From: Spirochaetia bacterium
GTDB taxonomy: Bacteria > Spirochaetota > Spirochaetia > CADAEX01
DNA: 64,000 bases
Reading direction: 5' to 3'
NCBI GenBank assembly: GCA_963662795.1
Contig: OY759746.1
Coordinates: 2,016,001 to 2,080,000, forward strand
The position numbers and the translations under genes were made by a program. The notes below the pieces were generated by a model, which saw nothing but the letters and a program-made list of their open reading frames with translations, did no database searches and had not been told where the DNA came from. Within the stretch, counting starts at the first letter, position 1, and every line of letters starts with the position of its first letter. Positions 10,467 through 20,821 of the stretch are shown piece by piece.

Positions 10467-10757
10467 GTCCGGCCTTGGCGGTGCCGTGCGGCCTGGACAA
10501 GAAGGGGTCGTACTGCATATAACAGCGATTATTTCGCTGCGCTCCCTGTGGTCGCTTGGGCTCCTGCCAGTTGAGCTGGCAGATCGCCATATTTTGTTTT
10601 CATAAAACCGGAACAACATGTGTTTTATACTCTTCAAGTTTGTAAAAACCAAATAAAAGTATTTTAGAGGTTAGTCACAAAACATCGAATAATCGCGAGA
10701 CGTTCTCCGAAATACCGCCCCAAGAAGAGATCGCCCGGACCTCCGGCCCACGGGCGG
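10467..10757 (+). repeat. Composite junction site S6 (4 | alpha | 5)
   Basis: GGGGTCGTACTGCATATAAC ... GTTCTCCGAAATACCGCCCC. Confidence 0.9.
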
Positions 10758-10865
10758 AAGATAGGAAAAGAAAATATAATAATCAGAAAGTGTTTAATAT
10801 TGCTAAAATGGATATTGATTATTTGACAACTTGACAAATAAAATAATTCAAAATATATTAATTGT

Positions 10866-11105
10866 ATGAAAACAATGCAAATAGGGGATTTTAAAGCTCA
10901 ATTTTCAAAGGTTCTTGAAGAAGTGAAACAAGGGGAAGAAATAATAATTTCTTATGGCAAGAAGAAAAAAAATGTAGCTGTAATAATTCCATATGAAGAG
11001 TATAAAGAGAAAAATAAGATAAAACTGGGCTTATTAAAGAATAAAGTAAGCTATAAATTTAATACTGATTATGAAATGACAGAAGAGGAGTTAGTAAACC
11101 TTTGA
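10866..11105 (+). CDS. Phd/YefM-family antitoxin
   Basis: DFKAQFSKVLEEVKQGEEIII motif; overlaps the PIN toxin gene. Confidence 0.85.
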   Translation: MKTMQIGDFKAQFSKVLEEVKQGEEIIISYGKKKKNVAVIIPYEEYKEKNKIKLGLLKNKVSYKFNTDYEMTEEELVNL

Positions 11106-11500
11106 AATATCTTCTCGATACGCATTATTTAATCTGGAGTTTGATTGATCCGGAAAAAATAGATAAGAAGAAAAAAAAGATATTATTAGATGAAAATTCG
11201 GAAAAATATATAAGCCAAATAAGCTTTTGGGAAATATCAATCAAATATTCACTTGGTAAGTTAGAATTAAATGGAATTACCCCTGAAGAATTGCTTGAAG
11301 CAGCGATTGAATCAGGATTTCAAATATTGGAATTGGAAACAAAAGTACTAGCAACATCGTATAAACTACCGAAGAAAGACAAGCACAAAGATCCTTTTGA
11401 CCGATTAATGATTTGGGAATGTATTTGCAATGAATATATTTTCTTGACAGAAGATGAAAAGGTAAAGGAATATAAAGAAAACGGCTTAAAAATAGTTTAG
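11102..11500 (+). CDS. vapC: VapC/PIN-domain toxin
   Basis: YLLDTH, SFWEI, HKDPFDR. Confidence 0.9.
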   Translation: MKYLLDTHYLIWSLIDPEKIDKKKKKILLDENSEKYISQISFWEISIKYSLGKLELNGITPEELLEAAIESGFQILELETKVLATSYKLPKKDKHKDPFDRLMIWECICNEYIFLTEDEKVKEYKENGLKIV

Positions 11501-11550
11501 AATAAAATCTATCAAATAAGTAGCAAACATAGACAGTAACAGAAAAACGC

Positions 11551-11833
11551 CCAAGCCTTGGCGGTGCCGTGCGGCTTGGAAGAGAGGGGCGGTACTTCGG
11601 AGAACAGCGATTATTTCGCTGCACTCCCGATGGTCGCTTGGGCTCCTGCCAGTTGAACTGGCAGATCGCCATATTTTGTTTTCATAAAACCAGAACTGCA
11701 TGTATTTTATGTTTTTTATGTTTAAAAAACCAAATAAATGTATTTTTAGAGGTTAGCCACAAAACATCGAATAATCGCGAGACGTTATTTGAAATGCCCC
11801 GTAGGAAAATATATCGCGCCTTCCTGGCGCGAT
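11551..11833 (+). repeat. Composite junction site S7 (5 | alpha | 6)
   Basis: GGGGCGGTACTTCGGAGAAC ... GTTATTTGAAATGCCCCGTA; variant hairpins. Confidence 0.9.
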
Positions 11834-11878
11834 GGGAAATTCTAAAGACTAATGGAAATTAGTTAAAATGAAATGTAA

Positions 11879-12289
11879 TTATAAAGTATTGAGACCAGCT
11901 TTGATACAAGCTGCTGTTAATTCTTTATCTAAAGATCCTATTGAACCCTGTTTTCTAATTCCAAGTTCCAAATAAGCAGCATCATAAGCACTTAAGTTAT
12001 AGATCTGAGTAAGTTCCAGAAGTTTTTCAGTGTATTCACTACCATAATTTGAATCAGTTATAAAATTAAATGAAGAAAGAAGCTTATTTATATTTAGAAC
12101 ATCATTGTGTTTTAAGCGTTTTCTTTTTACAGCAGTTGTTAAAACATTACTCATTTCATACCACCATAGTAGAGGAATATAAACTTCATCATTTTCTTCA
12201 ATATTTAGAAAAGATTTTTTAATAATTTCTGATTTTTCATCAGGAAGAAATAGAGATGCACAAAAAGAGCAATCAAGAATATAAACCAT
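11879..12289 (-). CDS. vapC: VapC/PIN-domain toxin (inverted TA cassette, copy 1)
   Basis: YILDCS, WWYE, LSAYDAAYLEL; start placed at MVYILD. Confidence 0.85.
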   Translation of the reverse strand: MVYILDCSFCASLFLPDEKSEIIKKSFLNIEENDEVYIPLLWWYEMSNVLTTAVKRKRLKHNDVLNINKLLSSFNFITDSNYGSEYTEKLLELTQIYNLSAYDAAYLELGIRKQGSIGSLDKELTAACIKAGLNTL

Positions 12290-12290
12290 T

Positions 12291-12521
12291 TTATTTCCTG
12301 CCAGATTTAATAGCTTCAAGTATGTTAAATTTCTCGTTTAAAGAGCTTTGATATTGAAATAATTGTGCAATTATCTCTTTACGAAGATATGTGTCTTCAG
12401 AAAAAGGAATAATTTTAGCAACAGGTTTTCCTCTTTTTGTTATGGTATAATTCTTGCCTTTTTGAACTTCTTCAATTATTTCTGAAAAATGTGTTTTAGC
12501 ATCAAAAGTACCAATATTCAT
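12291..12521 (-). CDS. Phd/YefM-family antitoxin (copy 1)
   Basis: DAKTHFSEIIEEV...ITKRGKPVA. Confidence 0.85.
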   Translation of the reverse strand: MNIGTFDAKTHFSEIIEEVQKGKNYTITKRGKPVAKIIPFSEDTYLRKEIIAQLFQYQSSLNEKFNILEAIKSGRK

Positions 12522-12637
12522 AAAGACCTCTTATAATCTAGTATAGTAAGCTAGTAGCATAAAGTCAAGAAATATAGTAAAGAATAATTACAAGAGTAAA
12601 AACTTTTAATTTTGTAAGATATAGCGCTAAAGCAAGA

Positions 12638-12902
12638 AAGCCTATAGACGTCCTGTCTATAGGCTTAATACGGGGCACTTCAAATAACAGAGGATAATGC
12701 GCTACACTCGGAGTACCTCGCTTGGCCTGCGGCACACATCGTAGATATTAAGAATACAGCTTCTATAAACAACAAGTTTTTGAAAAAATATATTACAACT
12801 TTTAGGTATTCACACTTATCCTACGATGCGTCGCTTATCCTCGGGACGTTATATGCAATACGACCCCAAGAGAAATCGCCCGGACCTCCGGCCCACGGGC
12901 GA
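12638..12902 (+). repeat. Composite junction site S8 (6 | beta | 4)
   Basis: Hairpin AAGCCTATAGACGTCCTGTCTATAGGCTT; TACGGGGCACTTCAAATAAC. Confidence 0.9.
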
Positions 12903-12917
12903 AGAAAAGGTGATTTG

Positions 12918-12976
12918 CTGTATAATATCCTCTATATTTAAAATATATAGTTTTCTGGTTATTTAATATGTTAACT
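12918..12976 (+). promoter_or_regulatory. attI-like capture segment of carrier cassette 2
   Basis: CTGTATAAT...TTATTTAATAT|GTTAACT. Confidence 0.7.
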
Positions 12977-13039
12977 GTACAAATCGATTGAATAAATTTA
13001 TGTTATACTAATAAATGAATATTATTCTGGAGTAAAAAA

Positions 13040-15055
13040 ATGACTGAACTCCCGAAAGTTGGATATACACATACAAAAGAAAGAAAAAGCATTAAACAAC
13101 TTGCAAATATATTACCAGATGAATTATTTATCCTTAGATCAGAAGATGGTGGAGATTATGGTGTTGATCGCATTATTGAAGTAATTGAAAATTGGGAAGC
13201 AACAAATATTCGATGTCATATTCAAATAAAAAGTACAACAAAAAACTCTAAAAATGAAAAGCTGAATTATTCTGTTCCAATAAAGACAATTAATTATTTA
13301 TTGAATAGCTTGAATTCTATTTTTATTGTTTATTCTGAAAGCGAAAACAAATATTATTGGGAATGGGTCGGTCGTATATCTACAAAAAAGAATCAATCAA
13401 ATAGTAAAGGCAAAAAAACATTTTCCTATTATTTTTCTTCAATATTAGATATCGAGTCATTCAAGAAAATTCACACACGATTAATTAGTGATTCAGAATT
13501 TGTAAAGAAAATTAATTTATCTGCAAGTCCATATAAAAAGGTAATTTTAACTGAAAAAATACATGAAAGTTCATATAGAGAATATCTTATTATGTACGCT
13601 GAAGGAAAATATGAAAAAATCATTGCAATTTCTAAGGAAATAGAAAAGATCACACCCACATTAAATTCTCTAATTTCTCTCTGTTATTATAGTATTTATA
13701 ATTATGATGAAGCTTTAAATCATATATTAAAAGCCGAACAAGAAGAGAAAAATAGTGAATTTCAGAAAATAAAGGCTGCAATTTTATGTGAAAAAGGATT
13801 AGCAGAAAATAATACAGAGATTCTTGAGCAAGCAAAAAAAATATTTTTGGAAATTAAAAGTAATGATTGGGGGTGGATGGATTTATACAATTATGGAAAT
13901 ATTTTATCTGGTTTGGCAGAATTTGAACAAGCTGAAGATTGTTATAAAAATGCGATACAACTTGAAGAAAATGAGGCAATTGTTTGGAAAAATCTTAGTA
14001 GCATATACTATCATAAAAATGATTATGAAAAAGAAATGGATTGTTTAAATAAAGCTCTGGAAATTGATGAAAACTTAATTGAGGCATTAATTTGTAAGGG
14101 GATTTCTCTTGGAAATAACTATTCTGAATATTTAGAAGCTATTACTTGTTTAAGGAAAGCATTAGAGCTCTCAAGGAAGAATCTGTATAAAAATAACTCA
14201 GTTTATTATTGGTTAAGTTATTTCCTAAATCAAAGTAAGCAATATAAAGAATCTCTGATAATGATTGAAGAAGGTTTAAAATATCATCCAGGAGATAGAA
14301 ACTTAGATGGTTTAAGGGTAAAAACCTTAATAATAGCCTCAGAATCCTTAAAAGAATATGAAAATATTGTTATAACTGAACTTGATAGAATTATTGATAA
14401 ATACCCAGATAATATTTGGGCACTAAAAGAGAAAATAAAAATATTAGGTCGTCAAAAATCCTTACACGAAATATTCCCATTAATTAAAAAATGTTTTTTA
14501 CTCTATAATTATGATATTGACATTGAAATAATTATGGATTTAACACTAAATCAAATCATGTATATTCTGGACAATATAAATATCGTTTCTGAATATAGAA
14601 AAAATAACAATATCGGCAGTTATTTTTTTGAAAGCTATAATATTGGAATTTCAATTATGCAGAAAATAGAAATGAAAATGAATCTAAAATTTATTGCTTT
14701 CTTTTACCTATTGAATGATTTAGATGAAAATGCAGTCTTTCCTGTTATGGAAGATCATGCAAAGGCTATATTAGACTTAATCGAAAATATAACAGAGTTC
14801 TTAGTTTATGATCTTATTGATGGATCAATTGATGAAAAATCGGAAAGAATAACACATATAATAACCACACTTCCTGAAATTCTCCTAATTGAACTATCAA
14901 GACAGAATGGATGGAATCTTGTAAAGCATAATTTTAAGATCGAAATAGCAGATTATTTTATTGAAAATTCTTTAATAATACATAATTGGTTGAACAATTG
15001 TTTGGAACCTATTTTAAAAGGAGCAAATAACATTTTTAAATGGGATAAAAAATAG
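13040..15055 (+). CDS. DUF4365-like PD-(D/E)XK nuclease fused to TPR repeats
   Basis: DYGVD..IE...IQIKS at the N-terminus; TPR-like helical repeats in the middle. Confidence 0.75.
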   Translation: MTELPKVGYTHTKERKSIKQLANILPDELFILRSEDGGDYGVDRIIEVIENWEATNIRCHIQIKSTTKNSKNEKLNYSVPIKTINYLLNSLNSIFIVYSESENKYYWEWVGRISTKKNQSNSKGKKTFSYYFSSILDIESFKKIHTRLISDSEFVKKINLSASPYKKVILTEKIHESSYREYLIMYAEGKYEKIIAISKEIEKITPTLNSLISLCYYSIYNYDEALNHILKAEQEEKNSEFQKIKAAILCEKGLAENNTEILEQAKKIFLEIKSNDWGWMDLYNYGNILSGLAEFEQAEDCYKNAIQLEENEAIVWKNLSSIYYHKNDYEKEMDCLNKALEIDENLIEALICKGISLGNNYSEYLEAITCLRKALELSRKNLYKNNSVYYWLSYFLNQSKQYKESLIMIEEGLKYHPGDRNLDGLRVKTLIIASESLKEYENIVITELDRIIDKYPDNIWALKEKIKILGRQKSLHEIFPLIKKCFLLYNYDIDIEIIMDLTLNQIMYILDNINIVSEYRKNNNIGSYFFESYNIGISIMQKIEMKMNLKFIAFFYLLNDLDENAVFPVMEDHAKAILDLIENITEFLVYDLIDGSIDEKSERITHIITTLPEILLIELSRQNGWNLVKHNFKIEIADYFIENSLIIHNWLNNCLEPILKGANNIFKWDKK

Positions 15056-15062
15056 CATAGAC

Positions 15063-15168
15063 AGTTAACAAACGCATGCAACTGATAAAATCTTTGTCAC
15101 ACATTTTGCTTACGCAAAATATGCGCCAACCCTTCGGGACGATTTTGCAACTGATGCGGCCGTTAAAT
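15063..15168 (+). repeat. Canonical-type attC site
   Basis: AGTTAAC ... GTTAAAT; inverse core matches GTTAACT at 12970. Confidence 0.8.
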
Positions 15169-15196
15169 ATACTGGAATATTTAGAAAAGAGGAAAA

Positions 15197-15449
15197 GTCC
15201 GGCCTTGGCGGTGCCGTGCGGCCTGGACAAGAAGGGGTCGTACTGCATATAACAGCGAATGGCCGGTTCCGGCTGTTTCTAAGGAAGCAGCCTCCACCCA
15301 AATTGCCGAAATAATTCATGTTAAGAATAATGGAATAGAGTATAAACTTTTAAAGTGAAAAACACCATCGGCAACTTCGGTCATTCGCGGGACGTTATCC
15401 ACAATACCCCCACAAGAAGCGATCGCCCGGACCTCCGGCCGACGGGCGA
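15197..15449 (+). repeat. Composite junction site S9 (4 | gamma | 7)
   Basis: Same architecture as the other sites. Confidence 0.9.
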
Positions 15450-15509
15450 GAGAATCCAGAATAATGAATATGTTTAAAGAAAGCTGATGATATATAATGT
15501 AAATAGTAA

Positions 15510-16163
15510 ATGGAGAATGATATGGGAATTGTTTATATTTTAACTAATGATGCAATGCCAGGAATAATCAAAATAGGAATAACTGATGGAACTGTTGAAG
15601 ATAGAATAAAAAATCTTGACAATACTTCTTTGCCATTACCATATAGGTTTTATTTTGCTATTAAAAGTAGTAGATACAAGGATATTGAAAAATTAGCGCA
15701 TAATGCTTTTTCTGAATATAGGGTAAGAGAAAATAGGGAATTTTTCCGAATTGATCCGGAACGTGCAGTCTCAGCATTAAGGATATCTGGAGAGAATGAA
15801 ATAAAATTAAAGAATGAAATGATAGATGAAAGTGGAAGTGTTGTAGAGAATAAAATCGAAGAAACAAAGTCATATAAAAAACGATTTTCTTTTGATAATG
15901 TAGGTATTCCTATCGGGGCAGAATTGGCATTTACTCGAGATGAGAGTAAAAAATGTATTGTAATATCAAATAGCGAAGTTGAATATAATAATCAATCTTA
16001 TTCATTATCAAAATTAGCAGATATATTTCTTACTGAAATGGGTTATAATTGGAAATCAGTACAAGGACCTGCATATTTTGAATATAATGGGAAAACACTT
16101 TATGAACTTAAAAAAGAAATGGAAGAAGAAGTCTTAGAGATAGAGGAAGAAGAATCCAAATAG
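15510..16163 (+). CDS. T5orf172/GIY-YIG family nuclease-domain protein
   Basis: GIVYILTN.AMPGIIKIG and REFF motifs. Confidence 0.8.
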   Translation: MENDMGIVYILTNDAMPGIIKIGITDGTVEDRIKNLDNTSLPLPYRFYFAIKSSRYKDIEKLAHNAFSEYRVRENREFFRIDPERAVSALRISGENEIKLKNEMIDESGSVVENKIEETKSYKKRFSFDNVGIPIGAELAFTRDESKKCIVISNSEVEYNNQSYSLSKLADIFLTEMGYNWKSVQGPAYFEYNGKTLYELKKEMEEEVLEIEEEESK

Positions 16164-16205
16164 CAAATGTTCAATTTTTTAATCCATTAATTTTTGAAAA
16201 AGCTA

Positions 16206-16477
16206 GTCCGGCCTTGGCTCCGCCGTACGGCCTGGACAAGAAGTGGGGGCACTGTTGGATAACAGAGGATAATTCGCTGCGCTCGGAATACCTCGCTTGG
16301 CCTGCGGCATATTTTGCTATCAATAAAACAGTTCATATTATATTTTTACTCTCTTTAAATATATTTCCCAAGACTATTATGTTAAAAAAGGTTTTAGCAA
16401 AACATCGCTTATCCTCAGGACGTTATCCACAATGCCCCCACAAGATGCGATCGCCCGGACCTCCGGCCGACGGGCGA
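16206..16477 (+). repeat. Composite junction site S10 (7 | beta variant | 7)
   Basis: Same architecture. Confidence 0.9.
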
Positions 16478-16543
16478 GGATATTCAATATTGAAAATGTA
16501 CAATACCAATCATAAAATGTGTTTGATTATAAAAGGGGAAAAT

Positions 16544-17158
16544 ATGACGTGTTATTACAAATATTGTAAAAAATGTCGTGAAAGAAATGATGAATATGAA
16601 CCAATTGAAAGTTTTCAAAAAAATGACGGGAATATTAAAATTATGTTTATTGGGCAAGATCCAACAATTAGAAAAAGGCAAGAAAGAGTAAGAATGGCAT
16701 TAATGCTTGATGATGAGAATAGTCAAATAAAAAGATGGATAAAAAATATTTTTGGAAATGAATTATTAATTAAAAGTAAAATATTAGGGACAAATCTTGT
16801 AAAGTGCGTATTAAAAGAAGTGCCAACAAATGATGGTGTTGGAGGAATAGATTATTTAATCGCTCCTTTTAATCATTGTAAAGAGCATTTAATAAAAGAA
16901 TTCAATACATTTAAACCCGACTATGTGTTTACATTAGGTGAACCTTGTCATCAATTGTTTTATTCGTTAATAAAAAATATCGATAATCCAAAAAAACAAA
17001 AAATGAGCGAATATTTTAATGGTGAATTGCATGAACTAAAATACAATGAAATAAATTTTAAATATAGTCCATTATTACATATTCAAACATATCGTGTTGC
17101 TCAAAAATATGGTGACATAGTTAAGAAATTTGAAAATGAAATAAAAAAAATAAGATAA
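16544..17158 (+). CDS. Uracil-DNA glycosylase-like superfamily protein
   Basis: IMFIGQDP, TNLVKC, VFTLGE, PLLH; start placed at ATG 16544 after an RBS. Confidence 0.7.
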   Translation: MTCYYKYCKKCRERNDEYEPIESFQKNDGNIKIMFIGQDPTIRKRQERVRMALMLDDENSQIKRWIKNIFGNELLIKSKILGTNLVKCVLKEVPTNDGVGGIDYLIAPFNHCKEHLIKEFNTFKPDYVFTLGEPCHQLFYSLIKNIDNPKKQKMSEYFNGELHELKYNEINFKYSPLLHIQTYRVAQKYGDIVKKFENEIKKIR

Positions 17159-17203
17159 ACCGATAATTTGTACTAGTAGAATAATTACCTGACAATAGAA
17201 GAA

Positions 17204-17475
17204 GTCCAGCCTTGGCTCCGCCGTACGGCCTGGACAAGAAGTGGGGGCACTGGTGGATAACAGAGGATACTGCGCTACGCTCGGAGTACCTCGCTTGGCC
17301 TTCGGCACACATCACAGGTTTTAAATTACTGCTTTTAGAATTAACAAGTTTTCAAAAGAAAGATATATAATATTTGTCTTTTTATTCATTGGCTGTGATT
17401 CGTCGCGTATCCTCAAAACGTTATCCACAATGCCCCCACAAGAGAAAATCGCCCGGGCCTCCGGCCGACGGGCGA
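17204..17475 (+). repeat. Composite junction site S11 (7 | beta | 7)
   Basis: TGGGGGCACTGGTGGATAAC ... GTTATCCACAATGCCCCCA. Confidence 0.9.
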
Positions 17476-17561
17476 GGATTTTATCCAAACAGAATCCATT
17501 GGGAAAAAGCGCAAAGACTATTTTCATAATAAACTATTATTGAAATAAAGGAGAAAACAAT

Positions 17562-17825
17562 ATGATTGAGTCAAGGTGTGGTTTATTGTGTAGTATTTGT
17601 AAATATCGTGAGCAATTTAACTGTGCTGGATGTTTAACAATCGAAAAACCTTTTTGGAGTGATAGTTGTCCTGTGAAAAATTGTTGTGAAAAAAGAAACT
17701 ATGAGCATTGTGGAAAATGTAATGATTTTCCATGTGAGTTATTAAATCAGTTTTCATATGATAAAGAACAGGGTGATAATGGGAAACGTATTGAACAGTG
17801 CAGATACTGGATAAAAGGAAAATAA
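17562..17825 (+). CDS. DUF3795-like Cys-rich small protein
   Basis: CGLLCSIC...CAGC...C.VKNCC...HCGKC.DFPC. Confidence 0.75.
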   Translation: MIESRCGLLCSICKYREQFNCAGCLTIEKPFWSDSCPVKNCCEKRNYEHCGKCNDFPCELLNQFSYDKEQGDNGKRIEQCRYWIKGK

Positions 17826-18149
17826 ATGTCAACAACAGCTGATTTTGTGGAATATATATGTGAACAAGTAAACGGAGTAGGTAATATCCGTTATAAAAAA
17901 ATGTTCGGCGAATATATGGTTTATATAAATGAAAAACCAGTGTTACTGGTGTGTGACAATACTCCATACATAAAAATGCTAGATTGTATTTCTGAATTAA
18001 TGAAAAATGCTGAAACTGGATATCCATACAAAGGGTCAAAAGAACATTATATTTTAGATATTGACAATTCAGATTTCGCAAAAGAGATTGTCACGATTCT
18101 TGAAAAGAATTATGAAGTACCAAAGAAAAAAGCTAAAAAAGCAAAATAA
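17826..18149 (+). CDS. TfoX N-terminal domain protein
   Basis: KKMFGEYMVY motif. Confidence 0.75.
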   Translation: MSTTADFVEYICEQVNGVGNIRYKKMFGEYMVYINEKPVLLVCDNTPYIKMLDCISELMKNAETGYPYKGSKEHYILDIDNSDFAKEIVTILEKNYEVPKKKAKKAK

Positions 18150-18233
18150 TTCATCTTTGGATAAATTGTTGCAGTAATGAGCATTTTTAATAGATGTATG
18201 TACTGGTAGAATAATTACCTGACAATAGTATAA

Positions 18234-18506
18234 GTCCGGCCTTGGCTTCCAGCCGTGCGACCTGGACAAGAAGTGGGGGCCCTGGTGGATAACAGAGGAT
18301 AAAGCGCTTCGCTCGGAGTACCTCGCTTGACCTTCGGCACACATCGTAGGGTTTAAACTACCTCTTTAAGAAATACTTAGTTTTGGAAGAAAAATATTAC
18401 AACTTTGAAATAATAATTCTTGAGCTACGATGCGTCGCTTATCCTCGGGACGTTCTCCGAAATACCGCCCCAAGAGGAGACGCCCGGACCTCCGGCCCAC
18501 GGGCGA
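18234..18506 (+). repeat. Composite junction site S12 (7 | beta | 5)
   Basis: Same architecture. Confidence 0.9.
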
Positions 18507-18779
18507 GGAAATATAGGCAAAGAAATAATATTTGATATTTTCCCTATAGCATATTCTGAACAACCAAAAGATTGTATTTTGAGAATATTTATTTGGATTT
18601 AAATAAAATTAATAAAAAAAGATCGAATTCTGGATATTTTAAGGATTTTGTCGTGTGATATTATTCCGAAAGAAATGTTTAATAAGTGTTTTAAAAAAGT
18701 AATATTACGAATTAAAAAACCTTGTAGATTTGGTATTTAAAGTGTATACTATGAAGTGTATACTAAAAGAGGTAGAATT

Positions 18780-19025
18780 ATGGAAATAAGTACAAAAGAA
18801 CTCAGGATAAAACCTGGTAGAATAATAGAAAAAGTCTCAAATGGACAGGAAGTTGTAGTAACTTTCAGAGGAAAAGCATTGGCTAGAATAGTGCCTATGC
18901 CTAATTTGGGAAAAAATATCGAAGAGAATGAAAAAGAAGAACTCTTTGGATTATGGAAAAATCATAAAAATATTGGTGATGTTGATAATTACGTAAGAAA
19001 AATAAGAAAAGGAAGAGAGTTTTGA
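18780..19025 (+). CDS. Phd/YefM-family antitoxin
   Basis: ISTKELR...VVVTFRGKALARIVP. Confidence 0.8.
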   Translation: MEISTKELRIKPGRIIEKVSNGQEVVVTFRGKALARIVPMPNLGKNIEENEKEELFGLWKNHKNIGDVDNYVRKIRKGREF

Positions 19026-19399
19026 TAATTGATACAGATGTAATAATATGGTTTTTAAGAGGAAATGAAAAAGCCAAGGAAGTAGTTTATAAAAATATCC
19101 CATTTAAAATATCTGTAATAACCTATATGGAAATTGTGCAGGGAATGAAAGATAAAAAAGAATTATTAGTTTTTCAAAAGCAGTTGAGAAAATGGAATGT
19201 AGAGATTTTACAAATAGATACAGAAATATCGTCAAGAGCGATGTTTTTTGTAGAAGATTATTTTTTAAGTCATTCAATGGAATTATCAGATGCTTTAATT
19301 GCAGCGACAGGAATACAAACAAAAGATATAGTATTAACAGCAAATGATAAACATTATAAATTTATTCCCAACATTCAGTTGGAAAAGTTTAAACCTTAG
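19022..19399 (+). CDS. vapC: VapC/PIN-domain toxin
   Basis: IIDTDV, DALIAAT, TANDKHY. Confidence 0.9.
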   Translation: MIIDTDVIIWFLRGNEKAKEVVYKNIPFKISVITYMEIVQGMKDKKELLVFQKQLRKWNVEILQIDTEISSRAMFFVEDYFLSHSMELSDALIAATGIQTKDIVLTANDKHYKFIPNIQLEKFKP

Positions 19400-19405
19400 A
19401 AAGCC

Positions 19406-19666
19406 CCAAGCCTTGGCGGTGCCGTGCGGCTTGGAAGAAGGGGCGGTACTTCCGAGAACAGCGGTTAAAGCGCTACGCTCGCAGTAGCTCGCTTGGGCTC
19501 CTGCCTGTGCGCAGGCAGTTCACCAAAAAAACACGAGTTACTCCAAGCTATAAATTAAAGAAAGTAAACATACAATGCAAATAGATTAATGTGTTTTCTT
19601 CGCTTAACCGCGGGACGTTATTTGAAATGCCCCGTAGGAAAATATATCGCGCCGTCCTGGCGCGAT
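19406..19666 (+). repeat. Composite junction site S13 (5 | delta | 6)
   Basis: Same architecture. Confidence 0.9.
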
Positions 19667-19711
19667 GGGAAATTCTAAAGACTAATGGAAATTAGTTAAA
19701 ATGAAATGTAA

Positions 19712-20122
19712 TTATAAAGTATTGAGACCAGCTTTGATACAAGCTGCTGTTAATTCTTTATCTAAAGATCCTATTGAACCCTGTTTTCTAATTCCAAGTT
19801 CCAAATAAGCAGCATCATAAGCACTTAAGTTATAGATCTGAGTAAGTTCCAGAAGTTTTTCAGTATATTCACTACCATAATTTGAATCAGTTATAAAATT
19901 AAATGAAGAAAGAAGCTTATTAATATTTAGAACATCATTGTGTTTTAAGCGTTTTCTTTTTACAGCAGTTGTTAAAACATTACTCATTTCATACCACCAT
20001 AGTAGAGGAATATAAACTTCATCATTTTCTTCAATATTTAGAAAAGATTTTTTAATAATTTCTGATTTTTCATCAGGAAGAAATAGAGATGCACAAAAAG
20101 AGCAATCAAGAATATAAACCAT
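19712..20122 (-). CDS. vapC: VapC/PIN-domain toxin (inverted TA cassette, copy 2)
   Basis: Protein identical to copy 1. Confidence 0.85.
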   Translation of the reverse strand: MVYILDCSFCASLFLPDEKSEIIKKSFLNIEENDEVYIPLLWWYEMSNVLTTAVKRKRLKHNDVLNINKLLSSFNFITDSNYGSEYTEKLLELTQIYNLSAYDAAYLELGIRKQGSIGSLDKELTAACIKAGLNTL

Positions 20123-20123
20123 T

Positions 20124-20354
20124 TTATTTCCTGCCAGATTTAATAGCTTCAAGTATGTTAAATTTCTCGTTTAAAGAGCTTTGATATTGAAATAATTGTG
20201 CAATTATCTCTTTACGAAGATATGTGTCTTCAGAAAAAGGAATAATTTTAGCAACAGGTTTTCCTCTTTTTGTTATGGTATAATTCTTGCCTTTTTGAAC
20301 TTCTTCAATTATTTCTGAAAAATGTGTTTTAGCATCAAAAGTACCAATGTTCAT
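20124..20354 (-). CDS. Phd/YefM-family antitoxin (copy 2)
   Basis: Protein identical to copy 1. Confidence 0.85.
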   Translation of the reverse strand: MNIGTFDAKTHFSEIIEEVQKGKNYTITKRGKPVAKIIPFSEDTYLRKEIIAQLFQYQSSLNEKFNILEAIKSGRK

Positions 20355-20470
20355 ATCGTCCTCTTATAATCTAGTATAGTAAGCTAGTAGCATAAAGTCA
20401 AGAAATATAGTAAAGAATAATTACAAGAGTAAAAACTTTTAATTTTGTAAGATATAGCGCTAAAGCAAGA

Positions 20471-20733
20471 AAGCCTATAGACGTCCTGTCTATAGGCTTA
20501 ATACGGGGCACTTCAAATAACAGAGGATAAAGCGCTACGCTCCCTTTGGTCGCTTGGGCTTCGCCACACATCGTAGGGTTTTTACTACAACATCTAAAAA
20601 CAACAAGTTTTGGAAGAAAATATTGCAACTTTGAAAATATCATTCTTATCCTACGATGCGTCGCTTATCCTCGGGACGTTATATGCAATACGACCCCAAG
20701 AGAAAATCGCCCGGACCTCCGGCCCACGGGCGA
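20471..20733 (+). repeat. Composite junction site S14 (6 | beta | 4)
   Basis: Same architecture. Confidence 0.9.
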
Positions 20734-20747
20734 GAAAAAATAATTCG

Positions 20748-20805
20748 CTGTATATACACTCTATATATGAAATATATGGTTTTCTAGTTATTTAATATGT
20801 TAAAT
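20748..20805 (+). promoter_or_regulatory. attI-like capture segment of carrier cassette 3
   Basis: CTGTATA...TTTCTAGTTATTTAATAT|GTTAAAT. Confidence 0.7.
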
Positions 20806-20821
20806 ATACAAAGGGGATTAA

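Noticed and set aside
16214-16543. N-terminal 110 aa of ORF 16214-17158
   Set aside because: It runs through site S10; the RBS-supported start is at 16544.
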